A DNA stretch of 64,000 nucleotides, from the NCBI GenBank assembly GCA_963817615.1, contig CAWFPH010000003.1, positions 1,904,856 through 1,968,855 of the forward strand, in the 5' to 3' direction. Position numbers and translations under genes: made by a program. Each line of letters begins with the position of its first letter. Position 1 is the first letter of the stretch. Source of the DNA: an uncultured Gammaproteobacteria bacterium. GTDB taxonomy: Bacteria > Pseudomonadota > Gammaproteobacteria > Steroidobacterales > Rariloculaceae. The notes under the pieces were generated by a model. That model worked only from the letters and a program-made list of their open reading frames with translations, searched no databases and had not been told where the DNA came from. Below are positions 29,894-40,036 of this stretch, piece after piece.

Positions 29894-30143
29894 TGAGATG
29901 CGTTCGAGGAAACGACCAAATTTCCGAAGTGTACGCTTGTTTTGTCAGTTCCCCGTGCACGGTTGACGGAATAGAGACAATCTGAACTGAGATCAGGGCA
30001 CTCCCGCCCTGACACTACCGGCCGGACAGGTGAATCTCGCTAGAAAGCCAAGGGCGAACTGCACCACCAGCTGCTCTGGATGCCGGACCGGTCGAACCTA
30101 TGCCGCTCTCGCCATCGTCGCCGCGCAGATCTGCTGAAGAGTC

Positions 30144-30975
30144 CTATGCGGGACGGACTCCCACGATCTGGATGGTGAAGATCAAATTTGCGATCGGTCG
30201 TCGCATGCGCCAACGCTTCGGCGCTAAAGCACAAAGGCGCTCGATGAGGATCATCAACCAAGCCGGCACCTCGATGTAGCGACCACGGCCGCCGATGAGA
30301 CTTCGCACGGAGCGAAACCCAGCCGCAGCAAACAAGCCTGCAAGTTCACGAAATGTGTACTCTCGGAGGTGAAACCCCGTCGCGTAAGTCGTCAAAGCCT
30401 GCTGAAATATCGTGGGGACCGCAAAGTGCATTTGGCGTGATGCACAGATATCGTCCGCCAGGCGCAAGGGCAGCGTAGACGTTCTCTAGTTGGGCTCTAG
30501 CATCGTCCGGATGTAGATGCTCCATGAGCTGGTTGGAGAACGCCAGTGTTGCGCCGGCGACCGGGATGCTGGTCCCGTCGGAAAGCACCAGCTGGCAATT
30601 GGCTGGCAGCACCCGTCGCGTTATTTCTGATGAAACATCGACGGCATACACGTGTTGAACTCGCGCTGCGACCGCAGCGGAGAGCGCACAATCGCCAGGA
30701 CCAATCTCGAGGAAGATAGAGCTTGGATTCAGATATCGACCGACAATCGCCAATAGCTGATCGACGTAGCGGCGCGTCTCATCCGGCGACGCCTTTCGTG
30801 TCAGCTGCGGATGGTCGGGTATCTGCGAGAACAGCTCATCGTAGAGCTCCCGATACAACCGGCCTCTTTCGGTCAATGGGGCGCTGCGCAACTTGGCGGC
30901 GAGAGCGCGCTCGATGTCGTAGTGCCGCCTTACGGCGGACGCTTCTCGGGCTGGATGCAATTTGTCCATCTCCAT
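30144..30975 (-). pseudogene. Class I SAM-dependent methyltransferase with one frameshift near 30440
   Basis: ORF 30346..30990 (FLEIGPGDCALS...LAPGGRYLCITPN) continues in ORF 30144..30467 (...ATGFHLREYTFRELAGLFAAAGF...) in another frame. Confidence 0.6.
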
Positions 30976-31407
30976 GGCGCACACTGCCAACGAATTACCC
31001 GCAAATCACCTAGTGGGCCGTCGGCCAACCTGCCCATACAACTGCGGCGAGCAGAACGTTATGTCATGCGCGGCCGCCCCCGACCACCGGATTCTGGCAA
31101 CCAAACCAAGCTAGTACAAGCGCTGGTCGGGAGCCTTGCCCAAACCAGCGCCGCCTTCTCGGGGAGGCGAACTGCCTGGAAGCGGCGCACCCGTGACTCG
31201 TCAATCGTGACCGCGGTCATTTCCACCCTTCACCCAGATGTTAAATTAGCCTTCCTCCGATCGCGGGCGCCTCTCCTGACGGGTTATAGACTTACCGCTA
31301 CTTACGACGAAGCTGCGATAACCCTATACTCTAATGACACTATGGCTATGCTGAGGAACGGCGTGCCTAAAGGGACACCAATCCATCGCGTTCGTGATGG
31401 ACGCTCG

Positions 31408-32014
31408 ATGTTTCGTGCCGCGTTAAGCGTCCTTTGGTTCTCGCTCAATTGGGCCGCGACGCCTTGGGCGGCCGAAGCTCAACAGAGCGCCCCGGCGCCC
31501 GCCGACGACGCGACCTATACGATACAGCCAGGCGACGTGCTCGAGGTATCCGTCTGGAAGGAAACAGACCTCCAGAAGGACGTAATTGTCCGCCCGGACG
31601 GCGCATTCGCGTTTCCGCTTGGCTGGCGAGATACAGGCACGCGGCAAGACCGTCGAACAGGTCCGCAGCGAGATCACGCAACGACTCGTCCGCTACGTTC
31701 CGGACCTCGTTGTCACCGTGATGGTCAAGGAGATCGTCGGCAACCGAATCTACGTCATCGGCCAGGTCAACAAACCGGGCAGCTACGTCGTCAATCCAAG
31801 CGTCGACATCGTCCAAGCACTGAGCTTGGCCGGCGGCACGACCCCCTTCGCTTCGCTCGATTCGATCAAGATCATCCGCCGAGACGGCGCGAAAGCAGAT
31901 CTGCGATTCCGTTCAACTACGGCGACGTCTCAAAGGGACGAAATCTCGATCAAAACGTCATGCTGAAGACCAGGCGACGTTTTGCTGAGTCCCGTGATGC
32001 GTCGCTCACAGTAA
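31408..32014 (+). pseudogene. Polysaccharide export protein Wza/EpsE-like (PEP-CTERM-locus type), 3 frameshifts
   Basis: Signal-like start MFRAALSVLWFSL..., then YTIQPGDVLEVSVWKETDLQKDVIVRPDGAFAFPL in frame 1. AGEIQARGKTVEQVRSEITQRL...VKEIVGNRIYVIGQVNKPGSY...LSLAGGTTPFAS...IKIIRRDG is in frame 2. IPFNYGDVSKGRNLDQNVMLK returns to frame 1, then PGDVLL is in a third frame. The first shift is an extra t at about 31619. Confidence 0.7.
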
Positions 32015-32061
32015 TATCGTCGCTTGTCGCGCGACGGCACGCTCATACAAGAGGACAATAC

Positions 32062-33780
32062 ATGGACGACACCGCAGGCGTTTCGATAGAGGACTACCTG
32101 ACGATTTTTCGTCGGCGACGCTTTGCGATGGCGTGGGTTGCTCTCGGCGTGCTGACTCTCGCCGTGGTCGTAACGACGTTCATGCCGGAGCGTTATCGTT
32201 CCGCGGCCACGATCCTGATCGAGGATCCCGAAGTCCGCGGCGAATACGTTCGGACGACCGTCCAGATCGCAAGCACCGACTTGCGCATCGACCGCATGCG
32301 TGACCGCGTCGTCAAACGGGAAAACCTGGAACCCATCATCGAGGAATTCTCGCTCTATCCGGACGAGGACCCGGAGGACAGGCCCGGTCTCCTGCGCAGC
32401 AACATCGACATCCAGAAGATCATCAACAGTAACGATCCGCGAGCGCAGCTGACCGGTCTTGGAGATACCGTGGGCTTCCAGGTCATTTTCACGGCGGATA
32501 CGCCGGAGGCCGCACAAGGGAGTGGCGAATCGCCTGGCCGAGCTGTTCGTCACGGAAAACACGAAGAGCCGCACCGAATCGGTGACGCAGACCTCGAGCT
32601 TTCTCGAGCAGCGAGGCCGACGCTCTCAAGACTCAACTGACCAAGACCGAGCAAGCGCTGGCCGAGTTCAAGAAAGCAGAACGCGGGCAGCCTGCCGAGC
32701 GATAAGGACCTCAATTTGCAGATGCTCGACCGGAACCAGCGCGATCTCGACTCAGTGGACCGAGAGATTCGAACGCTGCAGGAGCGCAAAAATCTGCTCA
32801 CTGCCCAAATCGCGAACACACCGTCATCGGCAACGGTTTACTCCGACAAGGGCGAGCCCATCCTCGGCACCGATCAGCGCCTCGAAGCGTTACGCCGCGA
32901 ATACGTGTCGATGGCTGCCCGCTACAGCCCGGAACACCCCGATCTCGTGAGGCTGCGACGCGAGATTGCGCTGTTGAGCGACGGCAATGCTACGCCTGCC
33001 GGCTACGGATGTGATCCAAAAGGAGATCGACGAGAAGCGAGCTGCAACTGAAGACGCTGCGGCAGCGCTACGGAGACGATCACCCCGATATCAAGCGATT
33101 GGAGCGGACGATCGACGGGCTATTGGAGGAGCTCAAAACCGCCCCGATGGAGACCAAAGCCAAGAGCCAAGGGCAGCGCAGCAACCCGACAATCCGGCCT
33201 ATATCGAGCTCCAAGTCCAGATCTCCGGTGCCGACAGCGAGCTTGCCGCGCTTCGCACCCAACGCGACGAGTTTCGCGACCGCATAACGGACTACGAAAA
33301 GCTGATCGCGCGTGCGCCCGAAACCGAAAAGCAACTGCTCGCGCTCACGCGCGACTACGAGATTGCGCGGCACGATTATGACGAGACTCGGCAAAAGCAA
33401 GCAGAAGCTCAACGAGCCGTGGTGATCGAGGACCAGCAACGAGCGGAGCGGTACGTGATGCAGAGAGCCGCTGGCTTGCCGAGCGGCCCGGCCCAACCGA
33501 CTCACCTTACGTTGCTGGCCATAGGCTTATTCTTGAGCATCACCGCAGCGCTTGGGCAGTGGGCATATTGCGAGAAGCGATCGACATCACTGTCACGGGG
33601 CGCGCGCGACCTCCGCACGATGCTCTCGACGCCGCCGATCGCGGTGATCCCGATGATCGAGAACACGACGCGACACCAGACGGCGCGTTCTGCGGCGCGC
33701 CGCGCTGGCAGTCTCTTTCGCCGCAGTGGCGGTGTTCGGCGTCGTGGTGCTTGCTTGTAAGCGCGCGAGCAGAACCATAA
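32062..33780 (+). pseudogene. Chain-length determinant (Wzz-type, PEP-CTERM-locus subfamily-like), about 9 frame changes
   Basis: ATG 32062 follows AGAGGA. IEDYLTIFRRRRFAMAWVALGVLTLAVVVTTFMPERYRSAATILIEDP is the family N terminus. Later coiled-coil pieces (VANRLAELFVTENTK, EADALKTQLTKTEQALAEFKK, LQMLDRNQRDLDSVDREIRTLQERK, QRYGDDHPDIKRLERTIDGL, PAYIELQVQISGADSELAALRTQRDEF) alternate between all three frames. Confidence 0.7.
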
Positions 33781-33797
33781 GCAACGGAAGCAATGAA

Positions 33798-34621
33798 ATG
33801 GGACACATCGAACGAGCCATAGCCCAGGCTAGAGAGCGCGAAAGACTCGCTGGCTCGTCATCGCGCGCCGGAACGCGCAGCGCCGGCACAGCCGGACACT
33901 TCGCCAGACTTCGCGCCCGCCGTCGATATTGGCACGGTCCGCCGTATCGAGCTGGATCAGGCGCTGCTCCAAGCGAATCGCGTCATCGCCGGCACTGGAC
34001 GATCGGCAGGCGCAGAGGCGTTCAAGATGCTGCGCACGCGCGTGCGACGCGCGATGGAGAGCCAGCGGCTCACGACGCTTGCGATCTCGAGCGCGGCACC
34101 GAACGAGGGCAAGACTCTCGTGGCAATCAATCTCGCGTTCACGATGGCAGCGGAGACAACCGGCGAGGTCATTCTTGCCGACTTCGATCTGCGCAACCCT
34201 TCGATCGGCAAGACGCTGGGCATAGACCCGTCTCTGCCCGGGACTCGGCAGCTACCTGCGAGGCGAAGCGCGGCTGCAGGACATTTGCCTTTGCCCCTCG
34301 CCGGGCCGTTTGGCCATCATCGCGAATTCGGAAGTGTTCGAAAACTCGTCCGAAGTCCTCAGCTCTCCGAAGATGGCCGAGCTCGTTGCCGAGCTGCGAA
34401 GCCGCGGCGGCTCCAGAATCGTGATTTTCGACTTGCCGCCGCTACTTCATGCCGACGACTTTCTCGCGTTCAGCGCGCACGTCGACGGGCTGCTGCTCGT
34501 CGCGTGCGAGGGCAAGACGAAACGTCAGGACCTGCAGGAAGCGTTCGATCTGCTCGATGGCGTGAACGTTTTGGGAACCGTGCTCAACAAGTCGGTGAGC
34601 CAGGGAGAGAATTACTACTAG
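33798..34621 (+). pseudogene. CpsD/CapB/EpsG-like tyrosine autokinase ATPase, 2 frameshifts
   Basis: MGHIERAIAQARERE (frame 3), then ...AFKMLRTRVRRAMESQRLTTLAISSAAPNEGKTLVAINLAFTMA...ILADFDLRNPSIGKTLG (frame 1, Walker A), then RLAIIANSEVFENSSEVLSS...IVIFDLPPLL...LLVACEGKT...GTVLNK (frame 2). Confidence 0.7.
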
Positions 34622-34653
34622 CCGCGGCTCGCCGCCTCTAGCGCTCGCGGTGC

Positions 34654-35418
34654 TCAAGCAGGTCGTAGCCGGTGCACCGCCCTTTCTGATGATGTAGGTA
34701 AGCCCGCTCTGCTCGGTAGATAGCCGGCCCAAGCGAAGCGATCTCGACGATCTTCATGAACGCGAACAGCACGTTTTTCAGTCGCTCCGAGATGGCCCCA
34801 ATTGCTGCTCGCAAATTCGACCTCGATCTTTAGGCCGTGCTTTCGGCAGTACGCGTTGATGCCCTTGCGAGAGACGATTCGATCGTAGTAAGTCGGGTAC
34901 GGATCGTGCCCCGGCTTACCGGCGTTCGGATTTCCTTCGACATATTTCTTGAACAGCACGTGGCACCAGAACGGCAGAAGCCGAGTAACGAAGCCGAAGA
35001 CCGAATCACGATTCGGAATCCGCAGCACCAGCAAACCACCGGGCTTCAGCCACGCAATGAAATTGTCGACAACCGCTTCGGCTCCGTCGACGTGCTCGAG
35101 CACGAACGCGTTGTAGATCACGTCGAACGTTCCGCTCGGAAAGCTCGCCGTGCGCAGATCGCCATGGACGACCTCGTGCAGATCTCGATGCGTGCGCATC
35201 CTTATGTCGAGCGCATTGCGGTCCATGTCGATGCCCGTCAACTCATAGTTGAGGCCATCTAACTTGAGCGGCCACTGCGTACCGCAGCCCGCTTCGAGAA
35301 TCTTGACGACCTCTTTGGTCGGGAATGCGGAACGCACGAAACTGGACAGGACCCGGTTCTGTTCGAACCAGTCGTCGAGCATTTCGATCGGGGCAAGAGC
35401 GAATGGTGTCGCGGACAT
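34654..35418 (-). CDS. Class I SAM-dependent methyltransferase
   Basis: 254 aa with motif I ILEAGCGTQ, FDVIYNAFVLEHV and LKPGGLLVL. The last ~45 codons look non-native, and an alternative frame reads ISERLKNVLFAFMKIVEIASLG. A 3' frameshift is therefore possible. Confidence 0.65.
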   Translation of the reverse strand: MSATPFALAPIEMLDDWFEQNRVLSSFVRSAFPTKEVVKILEAGCGTQWPLKLDGLNYELTGIDMDRNALDIRMRTHRDLHEVVHGDLRTASFPSGTFDVIYNAFVLEHVDGAEAVVDNFIAWLKPGGLLVLRIPNRDSVFGFVTRLLPFWCHVLFKKYVEGNPNAGKPGHDPYPTYYDRIVSRKGINAYCRKHGLKIEVEFASSNWGHLGATEKRAVRVHEDRRDRFAWAGYLPSRAGLPTSSERAVHRLRPA

Positions 35419-35752
35419 TTACACTTTGCGTCTATCTGGTATATGTGGCAGCACGGCAACCGTCGGTGGCTGTGCCGAGCGGAGTTCCGTGCGTATCATA
35501 GCGTCTCTGCGCTGCGCATGAATGTCGATTTATTCATGGTTGGCCAACACGCGCAAGACAGTCCGAAGATCCGTGAGCCCTCTCACAGCCGCAAACACCG
35601 TCGGATGCTAAATAACGATGCGACCGCCTCGACCTCTACGAACACGATGACCGGATTGTTGCTCCGTTGCTGCGCGACAGTCCGGCGACCCGCCGCATCC
35701 GCTACGCGGCGGTTGCCCGTTCGAGCGGGTTCCTGCCTTAGGTAGTGACGTC

Positions 35753-36945
35753 TTGCCAAGCGTCTGCATCATCTATCCCGCCGACCCGTTGGGTGTCCTT
35801 CCCAGCGGGATCGACACGTTCATCGACGGCCTCATTCGCTGGTCTCCGCCGGACTTCGATCTTCGGCTGGTCGGCGTCACGACCGACCCGTCCGCTCGGC
35901 GCATCGGAGAGTGGAACGAGTGCAGGCTGGGGACCCGACGATTCGAGTTCTATCCGCTCTTCCGCTTCAGCCGCGGCAGCCGTCGGCCCGACCATCCCTG
36001 TAACCGTGCGCTTCTTGCTGGCACTATTGCTTGGCAGACCGTCGATTCGAGCGGACATCCTGGAGTTCCACCGCCTCGAGCCGCTGCTGCTCTTCCTGCG
36101 GGACTCGCGGCCGAAGACGAGCTTCATTCACCAGAACATGGCGGAACTGCACAACCGTCACGCCGACATTCGCTGGAAGCACGCGCCCGGCTTGTACTTT
36201 GCGCTCGAGGGCTTTCTAATCCGGCGGTTGAAGAAGCTCTTCTGCGTGCGCGAGGACGCCGTCGTCAACTACCGCAAGTCGCTACCCGGAACAGGCCGAA
36301 CTGTTCGATTTCACGCCGACGTGGGTCGACCCCGAGCAGTTCTCGCCGGCGTCGGCGGAGACGCGAGCCGCACTTCGCAAGGAATTCGCACGAAGCATGG
36401 GTGCGTCCGCCCGACGAACCGCTCCTGGTGTCCGTCGGGCGACTCGATCAACAGAAGGATCCGTTGCTGCTTTAGCGGCATTCGAGGAGTTGCGTAAGCG
36501 CCGAGCGGCGCGGCTCGTCATCATCGGCGACGGCATGCTGCGCCGCGACGTCGAGCAGTTCATTGCCGACCACGGCCTATCGAGCTCGGTGACCCTGGCT
36601 GGCCTCAAGCCGAAATCCGAGATCGTGAATTGGCTGCGCGCGGCGGACGTGTTCGTGCTGTCATCGGCCTATGAGGGCATGCCGATGGCTGCGCTCGAAG
36701 CGCTCGGCTGCGGCCTGCCCGTCGCATCGACGGACGTGGGGGAGATCCGCCGAGTGGTTACGCCGGGCGTGAACGGTGCGATCGTGCCGCACGGCGACGC
36801 TACGGCGCTTGCCGGCGCGATCGAGCAGTGCATCGACCGGCGATCGGCTCTTGCCGGCCGTCCTTGCACGGACGCCGTCGCCGAGTATTCGCCCGCCAAA
36901 ATCGTCGGCCACATCTACAGCGCTTATCGCAAGCTACTGCCATGA
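35753..36945 (+). pseudogene. GT4-family (GT-B fold) glycosyltransferase, 4 frameshifts
   Basis: The frame order is 2, 3, 1, 2, 1. SVCIIYPADPLGVLPSGIDTF..., then ILEFHRLEPLL...ALEGFLIRRLKKLFCVREDAV, then FTPTWVDPEQFSP, then LLVSVGRLDQQKDPLLL. The last piece is AAFEELRKRRAARLVIIGDG...VFVLSSAYEGMPMAALEALGCGLPVASTDVGEI (the EX7E region). Confidence 0.65.
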
Positions 36946-37730
36946 CGCTGCATCGGGAGAGGATCGCCGGTCACGAAGTCTGCACGCTGCTCTCGCGCCG
37001 ACTGCATCGCGGACATGGTGGACTGGATCGAGCACGGCAAGACGCCGCGATTTTTCGCGTGCGCAAATCCTCATTCGATCTCGGTCGCCGAGAGACGCGC
37101 CGAGTTCAAAGACGGCGCTGGCGGCGGCGGACTGGCTGACGCCCGACGGAGTCGGTGTCGTGCTCGCATCGCGCTTGCTGCGCGGCTCCATCAGGGAGCG
37201 AGTCACGGGCATGGACGTGTTGAGCGGCGTATCTCGCGCACTATCCGACCGCGGCGGATTCCGGACGTTCTTTCTCGGATCCACCGAGAAGACGCTCGCG
37301 GCAATCAGAGGTCGCCACATGCGCGAGTTCCCCGGTCTCGAAATCGCCGGCATGCTGTCGCCGCCGTTCGCTCCGCAGTTCAGCGCAGAACAGACCAGCG
37401 CGATGATCGACGCCGTCAACCGTGCGAAGCCCGACGTGCTTGTGGGTCGGCATGACGGCTCCCAAGCAGGAGCTCTGGATTCACGAGAACTTGGATCGGC
37501 TCGACGTCCGCTTCGTCGGCGCGATCGGCGCGGCGTTCGACTTCTTCGCGGGCACCATCAAGCGGCCGGCGGCGATCTACCAGCAGCTCGGCATCGAATG
37601 GCTGGTCAGATTGGTGGGCGAGCCGAAACGCCTTTGGTACCGCACGGTCGTATCCGCTCCCCGTTTCCTCTGGCTGGTGGGCCGTCATCGCGTTGCCGAG
37701 ATCGGCCGGACAGCTCAACTGGTCGACTGA
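36942..37730 (+). pseudogene. WecB/TagA/CpsF-family (GT26) glycosyltransferase, 3 frameshifts
   Basis: The ATG overlaps the upstream stop (ATGA). Pieces are FFACANPHSISVAERR, DWLTPDGVGVVLASRLL...FFLGSTEKTLAAI...PGLEIAGMLSPPF and LWVGMTAPKQELWIHEN...VGAIGAAFDFFAGTIKRPA, in frames 3, 1, 2, 3. Confidence 0.65.
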
Positions 37731-37754
37731 AATCCGCGGCGGCGCCGCCAAGGG

Positions 37755-38897
37755 CTAGGCCCTGCGCGCTATGTCGTGCAAGAGCCGCTCGGTCTCGCGA
37801 ATCATGCCTCGCTCGGTAAACCGCTCGAGAACCAGTTGCCGCGCGTTGCGGCCGAGCGAGCGCCGATAGTCCGCATCACCGGCCAAACGGCCCAAACCAC
37901 GAGCCAACGCGGGAACGTCGCCCGGTGGGACGAGCAGGCCGGTCCGTCCGTCCAGCACCGCTTCGCGCGTGCCGCCCATGTCGGTTGCGACGAGCGGCAC
38001 GCCCATTGCCATGGATTCGAGCATCGCCATTGAAAAGGTCTCGACGGCCGTCGAGGCGAGCACCGTCACGTCGCTCGCAGCGAGCAGCGTGCGCACGTCG
38101 GCGATCGGGCCCGCAAAGCGGACGTTCGAGGCGACGCCGAGGTCTTGCGCGAGCTTCTCCGTGCTTTCCCGCGTGGGACCGCCGCCCGCGAGCACCAGAT
38201 AGGCCTTAGGCTGCGATTCGAGCACGGCCGCGAATGCTCGCAGCAGCAAGTCGTGCGCCTTCTCGGGTCGAAATCCGGCGACACAGCTGATCATTGGACC
38301 GTCGAGCGGCACTTCGAAACGGGCCCGGAAGGAATCCGAATCGATCGGCTGGGCAGGATCGAAGAAGTCCGTATCGACACCGTTGTATACGACCTGCGAG
38401 CGAGCACGAAGCTCCGGATATTTCGCGATCCAGTGCTCCCGCTGCGTTTCGCAGACGAAAACAGTCGCGGCGCACCTCTTCAACAGCCCTCGATATAGGA
38501 GCCGATCCGCCAACTCGTAGTAGCCCGTCAGATTGACGGTCGTGTGGATCGCTGCGACCAACGGCGGCTTTCGGCGCGCCAGCAGGCGCGCGGCGGCGCC
38601 GAGCAGCATCGAGTATTGGATCGTGCAATGGACGACCTCGATGCCTTCCGAGTCGATGATGCGCGCAACCGCCGAGGCCAGAGCAAAGTCGAACGCCCGC
38701 TTCTTTTGCAAGCGATGCAGGCGTACCCTCGAGGTATTCACACGATCCCTGAGGGCCTCTCCTCCGTCGTAGTAGAGCAAATGCGCTTCGAAGCGAGCCG
38801 GGTCCAAGCCGTTCGCGAGATTGACGGCCTGCATCTCGGCGCCGCCTTGACGGAGCGACGGCACGAGGCACAAGACCTTCAACGCAGCGGCTCCCAT
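37755..38897 (-). CDS. GT4-family glycosyltransferase (intact)
   Basis: 380 aa: KVLCLVPSLRQGGAEMQAVNLANGL...VLASTAVETFSMAMLESMAMGVPLVATDMGGTREAV. Confidence 0.85.
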   Translation of the reverse strand: MGAAALKVLCLVPSLRQGGAEMQAVNLANGLDPARFEAHLLYYDGGEALRDRVNTSRVRLHRLQKKRAFDFALASAVARIIDSEGIEVVHCTIQYSMLLGAAARLLARRKPPLVAAIHTTVNLTGYYELADRLLYRGLLKRCAATVFVCETQREHWIAKYPELRARSQVVYNGVDTDFFDPAQPIDSDSFRARFEVPLDGPMISCVAGFRPEKAHDLLLRAFAAVLESQPKAYLVLAGGGPTRESTEKLAQDLGVASNVRFAGPIADVRTLLAASDVTVLASTAVETFSMAMLESMAMGVPLVATDMGGTREAVLDGRTGLLVPPGDVPALARGLGRLAGDADYRRSLGRNARQLVLERFTERGMIRETERLLHDIARRA

Positions 38898-38899
38898 CG

Positions 38900-40030
38900 C
38901 TAGAGACGCTCGAACAATTCGACATACCGCTTCGTCACTGCGGCTGCAGAATAGGTATCCACGGCGTAGCGACGCACCAACGCGGCCATGGCGGCGAGAC
39001 GGGTTGGGTCACCTGCGAGCGCGCTCAGTGCCGCTGCCATCTGCTCGATATCGGCAACGCGCATACCGAAGCCCCGCCGCTCTATGAGGCCGTCCGGGTC
39101 GAAAAAGGACACGATCGGCACGCCCCTGATCCAGGCCTGCAAGAACGAATTGGGAAAGCCTTCGGACTCCGACGTGTTCACGAACAATTTCGCGCGGGCG
39201 AAGTAGGCGTTCACATCCTTATAGGGCACGGGTCCCAGTGCCTCGAGGTTGGACACGCCTCGCGCGGCCCGGAGGATGCCCTCGTAGTACGACTCTTGCC
39301 CCGGCACCGGCCCGCCGATCATGACGAAGCGAAGACCCGGACAGCGCTGCGCGACCTCCACGAGCAGCTCGGGACGCTTGAACGAGCGCATGTTGTTGAC
39401 CCAGAGAACGTCGATATCGCGCGGCCCGTCCAGATTTTCCGCAGGGTCCTCGACGACCATGTCGACGACTTCGCTCGAGAGTCCATAGTGCTGCCGCAAT
39501 AGAGCTTGCTGCTTGACCGTCTGAGCCAGGATGGCGTTCGCACGGCGCAGGCCATACGCGTAAAGGATCTTGTCGCGCCGAAAGCGCAGCATGTGCTCGC
39601 TCGGCACGCAGTCGCTGTCGTGGGCGACGCGAAAAACGAAGCGCCTGTCATAGCGCCGTGCAAATGCCGCGAGAACGGCGGGCACGTAATCGGCGCAGGA
39701 AAAGTAGTAGATGTCGGCATTCGCACGCTTGAGCGCGGACCAAAGCGACGTGGTCTTCGGATGAACGAAACGCACGACTGGCAGTCCCGCCGTCGGTGCA
39801 CAGGTCTTGTAGACGCGGATGCGGCCGATCGTCTCGCCGTCCTGCTGACCGAAGTCGCGAACGATCGCGGACACGTCGTGACCCGCGGCCGAGAACGCTT
39901 TGGCCAACAGGCTGTGCTGCACGGATTCGCCGCCGAGATAGGTGGTGTCCGACGTCCCGCTCAAGACGGGGTATGCATCCGCGTGGACGAAGCAAACCTT
40001 CAACATTGCCGTTCCATTTCCATGCGGCAT
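38900..40030 (-). CDS. GT-B fold glycosyltransferase (intact)
   Basis: 376 aa: LKVCFVHADAYPV...LFVNTSESEGFPNSFLQAWIRGVPIVSF. ATG 40006 is an alternative start. Confidence 0.8.
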   Translation of the reverse strand: MPHGNGTAMLKVCFVHADAYPVLSGTSDTTYLGGESVQHSLLAKAFSAAGHDVSAIVRDFGQQDGETIGRIRVYKTCAPTAGLPVVRFVHPKTTSLWSALKRANADIYYFSCADYVPAVLAAFARRYDRRFVFRVAHDSDCVPSEHMLRFRRDKILYAYGLRRANAILAQTVKQQALLRQHYGLSSEVVDMVVEDPAENLDGPRDIDVLWVNNMRSFKRPELLVEVAQRCPGLRFVMIGGPVPGQESYYEGILRAARGVSNLEALGPVPYKDVNAYFARAKLFVNTSESEGFPNSFLQAWIRGVPIVSFFDPDGLIERRGFGMRVADIEQMAAALSALAGDPTRLAAMAALVRRYAVDTYSAAAVTKRYVELFERL

Positions 40031-40036
40031 GCCGAT

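Noticed and set aside
29993-30011. Hairpin tcagggc-actcc-gccctga as a terminator after the methyltransferase pseudogene
   Set aside because: The 7-bp stem has no following U tract on the relevant strand and lies in degraded DNA. It is too weak to call.
30811-32640. 609-aa ORF that looks like one large gene
   Set aside because: It is a composite read-through. Its first ~200 codons are antisense or intergenic to the methyltransferase at 30144-30975. The rest stitches in-frame pieces of the frameshifted wza-like and wzz-like genes.
36776-37819. 347-aa ORF spanning the GT26 region
   Set aside because: Only its middle section (DWLTPDGVGVV...AKPDVL) is WecB/TagA-like. The ends are out-of-frame read-through into neighbouring genes.
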